Positions 63,160 to 64,000 of a stretch of DNA of 64,000 nucleotides are shown in pieces. Made by a program: the position numbers and the translations under genes. Each line of letters starts with the position of its first letter. The first letter of the stretch is position 1. The notes beneath the pieces are model-generated. The model saw only the letters and a program-made list of their open reading frames with translations, did not search any database and was not told the DNA's origin. Origin of the DNA: Squalus acanthias (taxonomy: Eukaryota); assembly GCA_030390025.1 (NCBI GenBank), contig CM059433.1, forward strand, positions 26,290,001 to 26,354,000, written 5' to 3'.

Positions 63160-64000
63160 AGTCTCTTTGCAAGCAAAGTTATGAAGGACAGCAACCAAAG
63201 TAGCAGCGAAGTTAGGATCAGTAGGCAAACTACCTCACAAAGCGTTGACTCAATGCAGAAGTCTCTCTTTCTCTCTCTCCGAATCTCTCTCTCTCTCTCT
63301 CAGAACGAGTGGTGCAAAAATGTCAACCACAGAAAAAGACAGGAAGAGGCCCCCTTTAAATAGCGCCCCCCCCAGCCCCACAGCGATTGATAGCGTTCCA
63401 GTCTTCCGGTTGTTGGATGCGCCAGGCGGTAAGGCAGGGGGCGCCACTCAATTTCCGCTCCGGGGCGCCACAAGGGCGTTGCACCATGGAATGACGTCAC
63501 AATCTGCGCGCGCAAGTGGTCACAGCGGTAAGGTTTAGCGCCGCCGCACAATGTCTAGTTAAGTTCCCGAGCGGCGCAAACATCGCTGCACCCGGGCGCT
63601 AGCGGCTTTGCGCCCCATTAGCACCCTCTTAAGGCACTAACGGGAGGCGCAACCAACTGAATTTTTACCCCCTGGACTCTGGTAACATATATTCACCATT
63701 GTATGAGTAGGCAGGGGAGGGATTTGGGAGGGCCTGGTTCCAGCAAGTCTCCACCCTGCCTTTTGTTGTGTGTGAAATTCTGACGGGGATGGGGGCTCTT
63801 CTTTCGTCCTCTCACCCCACACCCCTCCTTCCCATGCAGGAACATGTGTTTTAAATGCACCGCCCCAAGTTTTCTACTGGACATACGTTTGGGGTGCAAG
63901 ATGCTCATGCTGTTCCATGTCTGAGCATCATTAGTACCTCTAATTTCATGCATTTGGGCCAAGTTCCTGTCGCCCCACAATTTTCAACATGTTGTGTGGT

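Larger units (their letters stand above)
59400..63671. mobile_element. Full-length, apparently intact PIF/Harbinger transposon H6 (4272 bp)
   Basis: TIR GGGG(G/T)AAAAATT, TSD CTG, CpG-rich termini, two open convergent genes. Confidence 0.95.

Noticed and set aside
61999..63228. Domesticated host HARBI1 gene
   Set aside because: Enclosed by TIRs and a TSD, paired with a Myb gene, and with decayed relatives nearby.
31750..64000. Preceding HMG-CoA lyase exon (SFVS.KWVPQ)
   Set aside because: Not found by eye; probably beyond the window, though it could have been missed.

Overview
This is eukaryotic genomic DNA, most likely from a cartilaginous fish (shark), judged by an HE1-type V-SINE, a SacSINE1-type Deu-SINE and abundant CR1 LINEs. 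The window lies inside a minus-strand HMG-CoA lyase gene, most likely HMGCLL1. Three canonical GT-AG coding exons of 96, 149 and 64 bp are present; the preceding exon was not found, so it probably lies beyond 64000. The introns hold a nested stack of transposable elements: many CR1 LINE copies (two with uninterrupted ORF2), several PIF/Harbinger elements with a convergent 3-exon Myb/SANT gene plus DDE transposase, Harbinger MITEs, a Tc1/mariner MITE, SINEs and tandem repeats. The most notable observations are: (1) a minimal hammerhead ribozyme in a Penelope-like fragment, with a second truncated copy; (2) an apparently intact two-gene Harbinger at 59400-63671; (3) two Harbingers inserted in adjacent units of one CR1 tail; (4) a candidate internal promoter, first exon and 26-nt micro-exon that would splice in frame to the lyase exon; (5) a MITE family carrying NRF1/ETS motifs and tandem splice donors; (6) a 54-bp monomer array at a CR1 5' end. 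No prokaryotic system or CRISPR array is supported. All calls are made by eye and from recalled sequences, without database searches.
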